Source of the DNA: Octopus bimaculoides
Taxonomy: Eukaryota
Assembly: GCF_001194135.2 (NCBI RefSeq)
Contig: NC_068994.1
Coordinates: 42,632,615-42,696,614, forward strand
DNA: 64,000 bases
Reading direction: 5' to 3'
Positions within the stretch are counted from its first letter, which is position 1. Each line of letters starts with the position of its first letter. The position numbers and the translations under genes were made by a program. Positions 63,778-64,000 of this stretch are shown here, one piece after another. The notes beneath the pieces are model-generated. The model was given only the letters and a program-made list of their open reading frames with translations. It was not told where the DNA came from and made no database searches.

Positions 63778-64000
63778 ATGTGTACGAAAAGCCATGCTAC
63801 ATGGCAGTGAAACATGGGCTGTGACTGCTGAGGACATGCGTAAGCTCGCAAGGAATGAAGCCAGTATGCTCTGCTGGATGTGTAATGTAAATGTGCATAC
63901 CCGTCAGAGTGTAAGTATCTTGAGAGAAAAGCTGAACATAAGAAGCATCAGTAGTGGTGTGCAAGAGAGACGATTGCGCTGGTTTGGACATGTGGTGAGA
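63778..64000 (+). mobile_element. RTE LINE RT C-terminal fragment (runs off the window)
   Basis: Near-identical to the reverse complement of 39140-39370; encodes AMLHGSETWAVTAEDMRKLARNEASML...RLRWFGHVV. Confidence 0.95.

Overview
AT-rich animal genomic DNA saturated with microsatellites and broken by 12 N-gaps. The repeat families resemble those of octopus/coleoid cephalopods (inference from recalled family sequences, not a database search). I find no supportable host protein-coding gene, rRNA, tRNA or CRISPR array, so the window looks intronic or intergenic. Nearly all ORFs in the supplied track are translations of simple repeats or gaps. Every recognisable coding remnant is transposon-derived: a Penelope-like GIY-YIG endonuclease (11.9-12.3 kb, -), a DD37D/maT mariner with both TIRs (20.5-21.3 kb), a decayed Chapaev3-like (CMC) transposase (25.3-26.8 kb), a deleted Tc1 (31.6-32.1 kb), RTE LINE fragments, and two R4/Dong-like non-LTR fragments that both sit in (TAA)n tracts in the same orientation. 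There are also many tRNA-derived SINEs of three families, a TTAA piggyBac-type MITE and a hAT-like MITE. The best leads are a decayed hammerhead-ribozyme-like motif with intact stems in a Penelope-type fragment (23035-23071, -), the TAA-targeted R4 elements, nested insertions into SINE-borne microsatellites, and a few local duplications and splice-bounded candidate exons. SINE and fragment boundaries are approximate (about 10-20 bp). The family labels A-E are my own working names.
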